DNA from: Takakia lepidozioides
Taxonomy: Eukaryota > Plantae > Bryophyta
DNA length: 64,000 nt
Assembly (NCBI GenBank): GCA_030704615.1
Contig: CM060733.1
Span: forward strand, 43,152,001 to 43,216,000
Direction of reading: 5' to 3'
The notes under the pieces are model-generated. The model was not told the origin of the DNA. It saw nothing but the letters and a program-made list of their open reading frames with translations, and did no database searches. Below are positions 13,042 to 26,249 of the stretch, one piece after another (position 1 is the stretch's first letter; every line of letters begins with the position of its first letter). Made by a program: the position numbers and the translations under genes.

Positions 13042-14768
13042 GAAGCTTACTTACCGTTGTGCTCTCTCTCTTCTACCATTGCGTTTCAGCATGTACACTG
13101 TTTGGTTCCATGGAACTTCTCCTATGTAAGTATGTGTCCAATACAACATACGGGCACTTTTAGCACTGCTCCTTGGGCGTATTATGTGCTAGAAGTCCGC
13201 GAATCACCAATGGCTACAGACTGAGCACCTGTGACTTCCACTCTTTGCACTTTGGATCAATGCAAATCTACAGAATTTCAGAGTTGCTTCCTCAGCAAAG
13301 CATTTGTGGTTAGACAAAGCTTCGAACCAACTGTGAGTCTATTTGTAACCCTCAATCATGGATTGTTTGGGGTGCACACATGGCCACTATGAACTGTATT
13401 TGTCTCAAATTATCCTAAACTAACATCAGGGTAAGATACTGAGTCTGTTAGGTGTTGTACTCCTACTTTGGTGCCTAAGGGATCTTGATCCATCCAGAGG
13501 GAGGTAATATTTGCAATGTATGTCACGAGCGACAAAGGGAAGGTCTTCAGGCAAGCTGCTGTCAGCATGCACTAACCCTACTTAGCACCATTACTAACTT
13601 GCTTCTGCATGACGTAGAACTTTAGTTCTTCATTCTCATCAACAGGGGTACTTACCTCTGAATTTGAATGTGGTGCTTTGGCCCAGCTAGGGACGAGCAG
13701 TTGAGAGCGCTTGGAAGTAAGCCTTTAATTTTGCTCTAACCAATGTCTAATGTCTCTCTTTAAAATAGTCAGCGAAGCATAAGGTGGATGGTTAAGGCTA
13801 GTGGAATCTTGTCTTGGAGCTTAAATGCCTCTGTGAAGGATAAAAAGTCTCGAATGGCCAGAAGTATGAATCAGATGGCCTGATATACAGCCAGGACAGG
13901 GGAGTGAAATGATGTTCTTTCGAGCATATGGCAACATGGCGAATCCTATCCACATGTAGGCTTTAATCTACCTGCCCGTGTCAATGTGAAGTGCTGCCAA
14001 ATCTGAAACTTCCTAAATACCCATTTGATGATTCACTGTCCCTGATGTCTATGAAGGTGTTCTCTTGTGACTCTAGCTTCACGATATCTCCCCTATCTAT
14101 TGCCCATAAGCTCTCGGCTGAGCACCCCCTTTCCTGTCCTCAAGATAACCTCTGATGTCGCTTACAGTTCTGAGGACAAGTTCGGAGGAATGCTCCGTGG
14201 ATTCCACAATTATATTCTTGTGTAACAGTGTCAAGGTGTGGTGTGGGTGCTCTAAATCTCCAATGTGCACCAAAAGCACCTTTACCTCTCAAGAAGGTAA
14301 CTGCTTTTGTGACTTGCTAGAGTGCTTTGGTTTGTACAAAGAGCAAAGAAGCCAATGCAGTTGTGAAACTAGCAACACACACAAGTGCGGCTCAACAATG
14401 TCAGGCTCCATTGTGGATGCCTGCTGTACACCTACACTTGTTTGGAGTTAAACTTGACCTTCACCATTCACACGGGATACAATCTCTTGTATCCCCTCCA
14501 CAACAAGCAAGACTTGGGACAGAGAGAGAAGGTTGAAATGCATTGGACGCGGAGGTTTGAAAGGCGTGGCAAGAAACAAGACAAGAGAAAAGGAAAGGAG
14601 GGGGCCAGGTGCGGCGGCCAGTGAGGGGCAAACAGACAAGGCGGGCCAGCTGTGGTAAAGCTCTGGAGGCCTGCTTCCGCGTCTGCTTTGCTGCGGATTT
14701 CACTATTCTGCTCCACTCTGCTGCACGTTGGGGCGGCTGAAGGTGAGGGCGAGAGTTGATTGGGAAGG

Positions 14769-16081
14769 ATGCGAGAGAGCAACATGAGGGGGTTGCACAG
14801 CATGAGGGGGTGGAAGTACTCACGAAGAAAAATGCAGCACACGCTGAGGAATGTGAAGATGACTGTCTTGTGTGGGTTAGTGACCATTCTTGTGCTGCGA
14901 GGTTACATAGGAGGGGGGAAATTCGGAGGGCCTGTACAGGATCTGCAGCAAATGCGGGAGCATCTGGTTGGAGCTATGAGTGAGCCCCGCCGAGTTTTGA
15001 CTGCTGAAAACGAGAAGGAGCCTGAAGAGCGGGAGCCAGTGACAGATCCAAATGTGCCTTACAGTCTGGGTCCTGCTATCTCAGACTGGAATGAGCAGCG
15101 GGAGGTATGGCTGAGGAAGAACCCGAGTATGGCTAAAACCGTGAAGGGGAAGCTCCGGTTTTTGCTGGTGACAGGATCGCAACCCAAGCCTTGTGATAAT
15201 CCTGTGGGTGACCATTATCTCCTCAAGTCGATCAAGAACAAGATCGACTACTGTCGGTTGCATGACATTGAGATCTTTTACAACATGGCACATTTGGACC
15301 AAGAAATGGCGGGCTTTTGGGCGAAGCTGCCGCTGCTGCGGAAGCTGATGCTTGCCCACCCAGAGGTGGAGTGGATATGGTGGATGGACAGTGATGCTAT
15401 GTTCACAGATATGGTTTTTGAGCTTCCTATTGACAAATACAAGGATTACAATCTGGTTCTGCATGGCTTTGATGAGCTGGTTTACAATCAAAAGAGCTGG
15501 GTGGGACTCAACACTGGGAGCTTTCTGCTCCGAAATTGCCAGTGGTCGCTCGATCTGTTGGATGCGTGGGCTCCTATGGGTCCCAAAGGTCCTGTGAGAG
15601 TGGAAGCCGGGAAGGTGCTCACTAAGACACTCACTGGAAGGCCAGAGTTTGAGGCAGACGACCAATCTGCACAATCTATCTTCTAGTCACAGATAAACGA
15701 TGGGTCGGTAAAGTTTTCTTGGAGAACTCCTACTACTTGCACGGCTACTGGGTGATTTTGGTGGAGAGGTACGAGGAGATGATGGAGCACAATCATCCGG
15801 GCTCTGGGGATGATCGATGGCCCTTTGTCACCCACTTTGTAGGTTGCAAGCCTTGTGGGAGCTATGGTGATTACTCGGTGGAGCGATGTCTTAAGCAAAT
15901 GGAGCGCGCCTTCAACTTTGCAGACAACCAGGTGCTTGACCTCTATGGCTTCCAGCATCGAAGTCTTGGGACAGCAAAGGTGAAGCGCATTAGGAATGAT
16001 ACGACGGACCCCGTACACCTTCACACCGACCTGCCAGGGCTGCAGTTGCCTACTTATCCTTCTCAAACTAGGCAGTTTTAG
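14769..16081 (+). CDS. XXT: Xyloglucan 6-xylosyltransferase (GT34, XXT-like), intronless, one frameshift near 15672
   Basis: KMTVLCGLVTILVLRG TM anchor, LLVTGSQPKPCDNPVGDHYLLKSIKNKIDYCR, WIWWMDSDAMFTD, EADDQSA. Adding 1 nt at ~15672 restores LIYLLVT..KVFLENSYYLHGYW...RWPFVTHFVGCKPCG. Confidence 0.9.
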
Positions 16082-16201
16082 AGGCGGCATACTACCCTAA
16101 GATGGAGGCATTTCTTTTGTCCCTCCTTATGTCATGTACATAACCTTGTTATTACCAGTTTCCTGATTCATTCTTTAATCTATGGAGAAAGATCTTTGAT
16201 G

Positions 16202-16238
16202 GAGTGTTGATGATTGACTGATAGAGTGTTGATGATTG
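16202..16238 (+). repeat. Short direct repeat (gagtgttgatgattga x2) in putative XXT 3' UTR
   Basis: Directly visible. Confidence 0.7.
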
Positions 16239-18145
16239 AGAATTTTGGGATTCATACTGGATTTACAGGATGTGGTATGGAATAGAATTTTCAGGTCCAA
16301 GGGTTTTAAGGTTCATGGAATCTTGTGGATTGTGAAAATGCACCTGCTTGTGTTGAAAGAATGAATTTCTGTGTTTGTGGTAAAGTAGAGAAGCAGAGAT
16401 CAATAGAGATGGAGAGAGAGAGGAAGACTTTCCATGTGCAGAGATTGAGCTAGAGGCTAAAAGGAGAACATGCTTGGCAGTGAAACTGACAAATGTCTAA
16501 GTTCTATTGAAATCTTTTCCTGCCAGAGACCAGACAGGTTTTCGAAATTCGTTTGCTTTCTTGTTTCCATCTGTCAGTTAGAGAGGACAGAAGAACCCAG
16601 TTTGTGCAGAAAATGAAGGCTGTGGCCCATCTTTTTACTAGGTGCAAGAGCTCTTTTTGTTTTTCTTCCATGTCACCCATTGTGAGATCGATCCTTTGAC
16701 GGCTGGACTGAGGTCTGGGTGGTATGTATCAACTTAGATGCATCCATCTGCCTTAACAATTGATAGATCTGCCACAGTTTTCTGACAGAAGGGGTTCTTA
16801 CTGTCTCGGCTTCACCTTCTTGTCCAGTAATTCAATTAGAAGCTGTGGCTAAACAGGGCTCATAGGGTGAACTAATTTCACAGACAGGTCATATATTCCA
16901 AGCTTAGTTATAATGGAGCTGTGGGTGACAAGTTCTCTTAGCCAATACCACTGGCATCAATTCTCTTGTGGGCCTGCTTTGCTGTGAGAAGTAGTTGGCC
17001 ACATTCTGGAGAGAATGCCTGCTTTGCCACCTCCTCCACTATTTGCACAAAAACTCTCATGGCAGCTGCTGCAGATCTATGGAAGGATAGATGGTTAGTC
17101 TGTCTAAGAAGCAGGAGAGATACAAATTCTCATCACTACTGCAGGCACACCACATGCCTGATCAAGAACCTTTTTTGAAACCTCTATTCTTCAGTTGCAG
17201 AGGTCGGTTTGGCTTCCACACGTACTAAAAAGTCAATTGTTGAGTGGGACATGACGATGGCAATGCAGTGGACCCCGGGTCCGCTGCGGAAAGAATTCAC
17301 TGCGCAGGCGCCGCAACCGTGGCACCCAAGCAAAGTGCGCTCAGCGTAGCTTTCGTTGACTGCTCATCATCGTCTGTTGTCCTGAGAAGTGAGAACATAC
17401 AGATTCCTAGATGCAGACACATGTGAATCTCATAACCTGATTAGATAGGTCGGTGGGTGCATCCATGGAACCACGAAGTGTGGCCATGCCAGATGCCGTG
17501 GAAGAGTAACTTATACCCACAACGTGCCTCGAACGAGAATCCGCTCTGCAAGAATATCTCCTTCCTCGTGAAAGTGTTCCGAGCAAGATTCTTGTTCGGA
17601 GGGTGACAGGGTTTCATGTACCGTTCCATAACAAACTCTCGCAATCTGGCCGAAGTCAAATGAGGTGGGCCCAGCTTGAAAGAGTGTTTTTCCGATGGAC
17701 AGGCTTTGGTGTAGCGTGTCATGCGTCAGACACAGATCAGCAAGCGTAGTCTGATGGGTCGTATGGAGCGCACAAGAAACTTCCCTTGTGTGTGCAGTTC
17801 ACACATGTGGACTATCCATTTACAAACATAAAATTGTACGCTAGAGCTGGACTAGAGAGAGGCTCATGAATCAATCTCTGAAAAGACTACCTGAAGACTA
17901 CTTGAGCATCAATCTAGGAGCGCCTGAGCACAGTAGAATACTCAAACGCGGTCTAAGGTCACAATCACGCTGCATGGAGAAGGAAATCCGAGCCGCACTG
18001 CAGCTTTTGTGGAAAAAAAGGGAAGTAGTCGAGAAGAGAAGGATAGGAACTGGAAGAAACGGTATAAAGTCCATGTTGAGAGAGAGAGAGATATTTGAAT
18101 CTACTTTTCTGGATCAGTGGTCTTCTGGAAGTCCATTGTGGAGCC

Positions 18146-19421
18146 ATGGTGTTTGGCTGGTTAGGGCAGCGGCGACGGTTGACAGGCGTGAAACCCAGCC
18201 ATATCACTGACAAATTCGAGGTCTTCTTGTCCTCTCTTGCAAATAGATTGGACAACCTCGAGCAGTCCCTTGAGCCACACTTGTTAACGTTGGGGTGGGT
18301 TACGCTAGCAATAGATTTCCTGCGATCCACGCACTCAGACACGGTTCACCTGTTTGCAGGAGTTAATGATATTTCGGAAGATGGAGCATCCAATTTAAAA
18401 GGGTCCGAGGATTGGGTGGAGGAATACATGGTTTGCAGCATGAAGCTGTTGGACATTTGCAATTTGTTGAAGCTTGCAGTGTCTCGATTCGAACACTACC
18501 AGATGTGTGCACAGCTCGTGCTGCAAGCCTCTCCACGATCCACAGCAAGCCATAGCCTACCACCAATGGGCTGTTGCGTGTCGCATTACAGAGTTCTGAA
18601 GAAGAGTTGGAAAAATTACTGTACTTCCATCCAGCAGCCTTGCAGCCCAATGCGGGGTCACAGAGTCGGAAATCAGATGGGAAGTTGGGCCATTCCAACA
18701 GCATGTTTGGACGATCGGGATGCGCACTGCCAGGATTGGTGCAGGCTGTGAATCCTAGTTCTACTTCCAAGAAGGTTGATGGACTAGCGGGAGCTATGCT
18801 GGCCACAAGTGTTACAACGGAATTTGTCTCGAGTGTTCTTGTCTCGGCGATCTGCACATCTTCGTCGACCGAATTCTCTTCTAGTATCGAAATTGCAAGC
18901 TTCACGACCTCGAGATGGGAAGATTCGTGGTCGCCAGCTTTGCGTCGATGCAAAAGAAATTCACTGTAGAGTTCAGTCAGACGGGACCTGGCCGCCAGCT
19001 TGTACAGGTGAAGAAGTTTCCTTTCAAAGAGCTCAAGCACGTCCAAGGGTGTGCAGCAGACCTAACGTCGAAGGTTGGATCCATGCTAGTCACAGGCAAG
19101 CTCGGGGAAGATCAGTCGGTCCATCTCTGCATCCAAAACACAATTCAGCAGCTGCAAGATAATATTAGCCAACTGCAGGTCATCTATCTCCAGTCTCCCA
19201 GAGCATAGACACCACCACCTTATTCTAGTTCACACTCCACACCTGTCCCAGTTCTGTTTAATTTACTCATTGTTTTGTATTGCATGCAGGGTGGATTGGA
19301 GACTCTATCAAGTGAAATCAACCAATTTTTTGACGAGCTTGTCAGATCACGGAAGAAGTTGATGGATTCATTTCAAGTCCTACCAAGCTGCAGAGATTCA
19401 AAAACTTTAGAGGTTTTTTGA
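18146..19421 (+). pseudogene. BPS1/DUF793-like gene with frameshifts (pseudogene or assembly errors)
   Basis: WVEEYMVCSMKLLDICN; frameshifts ~18530-18570 and ~18930; intron ~19179-19289; last exon GGLETLSSEINQFFDELVRSRKKLMD matches the BPS1 C-terminus. Confidence 0.75.
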
Positions 19422-22400
19422 ACAAATCCCCCAAGAGTTCCCAGAAACTCATGGGGTTTCTAAGAGTTTGAGGTATTCATTCAACTGCATATGGATGTGA
19501 TTAGTTGCAGTATCGCCAAATTTTCTTAATCCTGTTACCCTTTCTTTTCTTATCCAGACTACCGGGCTGGAAGCAGTATGCAGGCACAGCGATGAGGTCA
19601 ATTCATTTAAAGTGTGCAATACTTCAAACTTGGATATCTCCAACACCCATGGTGAGAGCTGTCAGTCCTCTCAATACCACCTCCTTCATCCCTGTCGGCC
19701 AAGTACGAAGACCAACCTGAACAACCGATGCAAAAGCTTGAGCTACTTGATGTCGCCAAGTTTACTAAGCGTTGAATGGCTCCACCTAGCTTGTGCAAGA
19801 AACTTTGGGCGTGAGTTGGGACTTCTGAATACGGATAGACTGAGACTCGGTTGTACAGCAAAAGGCTATAGGAAGATCAGAGAAGTCAGAGTGAGGAGAG
19901 AGAAGAATAGATGAGATGACTTTCCATTGAGCAGATGCGAAGCCCTAGTCAACCCCCTAGAGCACAAGCCCTTCCTGGTTATCTGACAATCTAAGGTGCC
20001 ATAGTTCCCAGGAAAAATATCTTGTTTATGAAATTGCAGAGAGAGAGAGAGAGAGGACTTTCAAAATTGTCAGGAGGAAATGACTAGAAGTATTCAGTCT
20101 ATTTATTGGTCCAGTGACCTAGAGAAATATACAATTGATGGGCAGTTCACGTCCACTTACACTGAACCCACTCACATTGCCCAGTCTGGACATCAGCATA
20201 AAAGAGGGAGAGAGAGAGGGGCTCAAGTCCAAGATTAAACTCTTGTAGTGATTTCAAGTTCAGTTGTAGAAGTGTTCAAGATAAACATGGTTGTGGAAAG
20301 GGATTGTACCAGAAGCAAAAGCCAATTCATCAGTAATAATCAACATGCAGTGTTTACACCACTTGGGTACAGGAAACAAAGAGGGGTGGAGACATGGGCC
20401 ATGAATTTGGAAGGGCAGAGAAGGGGATGACTCAGGAAGGGAAGTGGGAGAAGAGCAGAATGGGAGTCGGGAGGGAGAAGAAAGGAGAAAGAAGGCAGAA
20501 TCATAATGAGCTAAATTATGTGAGCACACAAAAGCACTACATCAACACGAGCGAGAGATGTCATTGAGGATAATGTACAAGAACAGTGCTTGCCCCCTTT
20601 TTGACCAGTTGCTTGACAAGGATCCAAAGAAACTCTCTTTCCCACCACACTGCGAAGCTGGCCATTGCTTTTGGTTTCTTGGCATTACAACAGTGGCATG
20701 CACATGATAGCCAATATCAACTTGACAAGGCATTTGAGGTGTGATCATGGCCAGGCGGACCATTGGGTGACTTGTTCCAGCATTGCTTCTGGTATTCACT
20801 TGTCATGTTTTGATCTAGGTCCATCGAAATCTCGCCTAAATCTTAGCTTAGCTGGTAATTTAGGTAGTGTAGGATGGACATCACATGTACTCCCTGCAAA
20901 GGTTTTCCTACAGAGGGGTTTTGTCCTAGGCCCAACTGGCAGGTGCCAGGTTTTTCCTAGAAGATTTTCAATCCTGTAGCTGAGGATGTTCTAAGTTGTT
21001 CTGATTTTCCTTGCCCTTGCGGAGCTCGGGTCTTGGGGGAGGGGGGGAATCTTCACAGATGTGATGGCCTCAGCCTCCCAAAACTACATGTCAAGTTTCA
21101 GATTCAACGCGGCAGATGAAGATTGCCTTGGGAAGCTCTGAGCATAGATTAAATGATCCAGTTTAGAATTATGCAGCATTCCAGCGACTTGAAATTTGAC
21201 TCATGTTGTCAAGTTGAAGATCGATGACGCGGGAAGTGGCAGTAGAAAAGGAAAATGTCCCTGATGCTCACTCAGTTGATTCTTGACAAGCCCATAATGT
21301 TAAAGCCTGGAGAGAAGAAGCCCTCATCCAGCACTTACCACTACACTCCAGGAAAACATCAAACAAGACCAGTACATTCAATCACGAAGGCAATGCAGTC
21401 ATCTGCTGTAAAATACAACCAGAATCTCTTAGGAGAAAGACAACAAATGACCAACAAGGTGCGAATCTGAAAAACCATAGATTTGTTTGTCTCCATAGAG
21501 GAAGAAGGGAGCCTTACAAAGAGGGCAAGGGGGAGAGCCATTTGACTGGCAGAGTATAAGCAAGTCCTTGAATTCTCGTGCGCCGACTGGGCGCAGCACA
21601 ATCTAAGCTCAATTTACTCAGACTCTATCTGTCTGTGTGCTAGTTCTCTGGAGTTTTTGAGGAATGGTTAACCACTGTATCTGCAAGCATTTGTCCTTCT
21701 TACCACATCCCTCCTTTCTTGAAACCCTGTGAGAGCGTCACCTCAGTCAAATCAAAGTCATATACCTAAAGACTTCCTGGTTCAGTCCTTTCTCGTCCAC
21801 AGTTAATAGTCTACTCATTATGGCATCACTCCACTATCATGCTGTGGGAAATTGCTGAATGTTTGCATACACATGAATCCAAACAAGGCCTACAAGACTC
21901 TGTTATAAGTATCTGAACACAGGAGATGACATTATAGTGCACAGAATTAGCTAGACCAATTTTTCTGGTTGGTACAACTCTACCTCCCAGACAGGCCCTA
22001 AACTCTTGAGACCAATGCGAGGACATATGACAAGGTGTGTAGACAATGGCAAATTTCAGAGATACGAGTGTATACACTGTATTAAAGGTATTGGCACAAT
22101 GCTGAATCTTTTATCAAAGACCAACTTGCCAAATATATTACATATCCCTTGAAGTTCCCGGTGCACTGAACTTTGATTGGAACTATCAAAACTGTGCAGT
22201 CCTCTGCTCATAAGGAGGTGGAAACTAACCTCTAATATAATTACATATCTCCTGAACCTCCTGGCAAGTAGTGTAACACAGAAGAAGATATCGGAAGCAC
22301 GAAGCTACTCCCTCTCCTAATGTTTAACAACTTGCGTTGAAGTATCTTACAAGCCTCCTCCTCCGCTTCCCCAGTATATTAATATGGAGTGATGGCGGAT

Positions 22401-22509
22401 AGCGGAATCCGCGGTCTCCACAGACTCCCGCCTTCCTCCGTGAGTCGAACACTATGGGCGCTCAAGAAGTCCGGCTTTTTAGCGGTGTACCAGTTCGTCT
22501 CTACAACTG

Positions 22510-23583
22510 CTAACTTTTGGAATTGCTCAAGATGTCGAGCAGGGCAAGGCGGCTGGAAATTAGCAATCTAAACAACTCGTTGACGCAAAGCTCCAAAGGC
22601 CCCAAACCTTTACCAAGATCTTCCGAATGCTTCCGGAGTTCCTCCACCAACTGCTTCATTTCCTCGGCCTGCTCCTTGACTAGAGGCAAATTCCTCTCGG
22701 TTAGATTACGATCAAGAAAATCATGCAAGCGCCTGACGGAGGCATCCACGCTATCCAGCTCGCGGAGAAGGGCTATCGATCCCCTGGTCTTTCTCTTATC
22801 AGTCTCCTCTTTCACTCTCTGCTGCAAAGTGAGCAGGGAGGAAGACCACTGATAATGACTTGCAACATGAAGATTCACAAGCGGCCGCTTCGGCTTGCAG
22901 GCAAGAGCTATAACCAGCAAGCCACATACGAAAATAGTGGTCACCTTAGCCCCATAGATGGCATTGAGGAACCCGTTCCCCTTTGTAGCCTCAACACCTT
23001 TGGGATTGACCAACTTCTCCCCCATAGTTCGCAACATCGAACTGCAACTTTCAAGCTTGGACTTAGGATGCCCTTGCCGGTACTCTGTATCCTTCTTCTT
23101 GATGGCCTCCTTGCAATCGTTGAGTGCATTTCTCGCACGGTAGTACTTGGCCTCACTAGCACTCTCATTGTTGTCCAGATTGTGCAGAGCAAGCTGAACT
23201 TGCATCTGACAATGATCCACGTCTGAAATGCCCTCTCTCAGCACATTGCACACGTCCAGAAGCTTCGCACTGTCATCTAGGTATTCGTCCACCCACTTAT
23301 CGTCCCTGTCAGAGAGAGGAAACTGAAGATCTGGAATAAGAGCCTCTACATTGGAATGCGTGGCAAGCACCACAGAGATGGCCTCAAGCAGCCAGTCGAT
23401 GCTGAGAAAGCCTTTCTCCTCCCCTGCGGGCTTCAAAGCATCCAGCCGCTCAGCAAGCTTGCTCTCAAATTCCTGCAAGACTGGACTTCGCTTAACCGGC
23501 ACATTAGGACTTCGATGCAGAGAAAAATGAGAATTCAAGGCGGCCCCGAGCGTTGAGAACAAGGACGACCCCTGCTGTGTCAT
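22510..23583 (-). CDS. BPS1-like protein (DUF793 family), intronless, about 357 aa
   Basis: FLSIDWL, DDKWVDEYLDDSAKLLDVCN, GFLNAIYGAKVTTIFVCG, VNELFRLLISSRLALLDIL; first ATG at 23583. Confidence 0.9.
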   Translation of the reverse strand: MTQQGSSLFSTLGAALNSHFSLHRSPNVPVKRSPVLQEFESKLAERLDALKPAGEEKGFLSIDWLLEAISVVLATHSNVEALIPDLQFPLSDRDDKWVDEYLDDSAKLLDVCNVLREGISDVDHCQMQVQLALHNLDNNESASEAKYYRARNALNDCKEAIKKKDTEYRQGHPKSKLESCSSMLRTMGEKLVNPKGVEATKGNGFLNAIYGAKVTTIFVCGLLVIALACKPKRPLVNLHVASHYQWSSSLLTLQQRVKEETDKRKTRGSIALLRELDSVDASVRRLHDFLDRNLTERNLPLVKEQAEEMKQLVEELRKHSEDLGKGLGPLELCVNELFRLLISSRLALLDILSNSKS

Positions 23584-24093
23584 ATCCGCGAGTCGGTTAG
23601 CTAGTGCCACCTTCTGGAATATCGTCGTCAACTGTTATTTCGGATCAATCAAGTCGCGTATGATGTTGTCCCAGCCAACAGAAGAAGCCGCGGCGAGAGG
23701 AAGCTTCCAACGCTGAGCAGGAGGCGCAGAGTAAAGTCAATCTGGAAGAACAGCATTCCGATGGCTTCTCGCACAAGAACAAAGCTCGCAATCTGGCACG
23801 CACTCACACCATAGCTAAGTAGCCCCGTCTCCGCAGTCCACCCCCTCCTCTTCTTCGTCTCTCTCTTCCGCCCCCCTCTGCCCTCCCCACCACGCGCTCT
23901 TGTGGAGGCATGGAGGCATGGATGGATGGATGCGTGGATGCTGCCCGCATCCATCCATGCGTGCTCGCCGACTACCATCTATATTTACACATTTTTTATG
24001 CTATTATTTCTTGGAATAATCGACTGGTTAATGTATTATAACCAGTAGTGGTTCAGGGTTCAAATACTGGATGATTAGATTGCGATTCGAAAG

Positions 24094-24304
24094 CACGTGC
24101 CATGTATTTAAGTGATGGATTCGGTTCTATGGAATGGATGGAGGTTTGTAACTGATTTATGGTTTCTAGACTGTTCGGGTCCGTCAGGTACCCAGTTCAA
24201 ACCCGGGCTGCCAAAATGTGTTTGCGTGGGCAGCAAGGGAGGCGGCACGGGGCGTGTTGCGCAAGATTGTAAGGCCGGCAAGCAAACAAGTATCAAACAC
24301 GTGG
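24094..24304. promoter_or_regulatory. Two G-box/ABRE-like elements upstream of the minus-strand BPS1-like gene
   Basis: CACGTG at 24094-24099 and ACACGTGG at 24297-24304; function not demonstrable from sequence. Confidence 0.3.
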
Positions 24305-25727
24305 GGCGGGGATGGATGGATGCTTGCTCTAGATTCGTCGGGAGACAAGGATGAGAATCGTATGGCTGTCGTTTAGGGTTTGTCTGTTTGGTTGGTGGAT
24401 GCGTGGCAGGGCCGCTGTCCGTGTGTGTGCCGCTGAGACGGAAGGCGGGCAGCTTGGGCGGCCATAGAAAAAGCTTTCTTATCTACTGCAGGTCGCCCCA
24501 GCAATGGCGGTGCTGGCGCGGTGTCTGCGCTTCGACCCGCCACACTTGTCGTGGCCTGCGCTTGCATTGCTTGGCAGGATTGCATTGCACCGTCTGCGAA
24601 TTGCAAGTGGCAGAGAAGCAGACTAGGATTCACGAAGCGTCGCGCAAGGATAGAATATCTCCACCTCTTCATGGCCAGCTCAGTTGGTTGGAAAGGCTGA
24701 AAGTCCGGCAGAGATTTGAATTTTGAGGGCGAGGGTTGAGAAATTGAGCACATGGTGAATGTGAGTGACAGTTGGTGTGTCGATGCACGCTGACAGGTGC
24801 CGCATGCATGCTGCCATCATGCGAAAGACTGCAACACTTTGATTCGATCGATCTCAAGGGAGCAGGGTGAGAAGGATGGAAAAAGGTAAAGCTGATGCCA
24901 TGTGTCTGTCGGCGGCTCCAAGGTCGGTTGAGAGAATCGTGATGTTTTGGAAGGATTCTAACTCAGATTGTACATGCTTTCCATGCAAACTGTCGTGGGA
25001 GTTGAACAGCGTCTCTGTCAGAATTGGCGAGTGCGGGCAAAGGATGAAAGCGTGCTGGCCAAGGCTTGCATATTTGGGGCCAAGGGATCATGAACCCTTG
25101 GCGGATACACACAGCTCACCGTGGGGCGGTAGGTACCGGACGATCGAGATGAGAGGAAAATTTCAAGTGGGAATGAGAGTCTGAAATCGCAGTGATGATT
25201 AACAATAAAGAGATGCAGATCTGTGGCCAGCTACAAACCTGGTTGCCTTCTGTCCTGTTGCTCCATCTTCGGTACTACCCTCATAATATAATTGTACTTG
25301 GATATCCCAATGTGGGGCCCTGCCGGTAGCAGTAGCACTGATTCATCAACTTGGATGGGCTCCCCCACCACACCGGCCATGACTTGGTGGGGCAGTGTGA
25401 GTGCAGCAGTGCAGCAGGAGTGACGGGACCTAAGTTACTCTGGTATTGAAAGCGATCGTTAAGAGCAGATCTTTGTGGCTCGTCCCACTGCTGATGATCC
25501 TGGAATTCTCATCACTAACCCTAACTGGAAAACGAATCCTTACTAGTTAGAAAAGATACTTGGGGCAGCCATGTGGCGGCTTGAGATCATAAGATTCGGG
25601 GTTGCACTGTGGGACAAGAAGCAAAATTAGCAGTCCACCCGACCGTTCCTCGACTTCCACACTCTTGCATTTGGTGGATGCCTGCCTGCCCCTCGGCTCT
25701 AATAAGTCCCAGTCAGTGAGGGGATAA

Positions 25728-25787
25728 CTGCCCGGCCTCCCCCCTGCCCGCTGCACCACGTCCTCTACGCCACGCTGGCGCACAAGC
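25728..25787 (+). repeat. GC-rich ~60-bp repeat, inverted copy at 29142-29199
   Basis: ctgcccggcctcc..cctgcccgct..ccacgtcctctacgccacg.tggc..acaagc matches the reverse complement of 29142-29199. Confidence 0.8.
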
Positions 25788-26249
25788 AGCCTGGGGGCCC
25801 ACACATACATTCTTCCATTTTTAAGTATCAATTACATATTTTGTGCTGATGAGCTTGATATATATAGTAATATTATGATAAAATAATACATCTTGTTCAT
25901 GTATAGTTGAATGTGTTTTGTTTTAAATGACTTCTAACTTAGCTAGAGAAATTTAGATTGTGTTAGTTTAGGAATTATGTCATTTCAATGGGTTGCACGG
26001 ATGTCGCTCATCTTGATATCTCATCTTATATATGAACAACAATATATAACATATACTCGTTTATTAAGCTATAGACATAATTGTTTTATAAAAATGTGGG
26101 TTTAGCACAATGAGCCATATAAATATGAAAGAGTGTACAAAAATGGGTTTATGACTGTCAATTAACTGCCTTGCTTTCATGGGATCAATTGTGTAAAAAA
26201 CAACAACAGGGCGGGTTAGGAATCATAGACCCCGCTGCGCAGATCAAGG

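Noticed and set aside
19450-22400. Additional gene between the BPS1 paralogues
   Set aside because: Only short ORFs with no recognisable motif or consistent exon chain.
15081-23226. Long antisense ORFs (15081-15674, 18363-19046, 22723-23226)
   Set aside because: Shadows of XXT and BPS1 coding sequence on the opposite strand.
23917-23960. miRNA precursor (gcatggatggatg / catccatccatgc stem)
   Set aside because: Stem is only 13 bp and made of GGAT microsatellite units.
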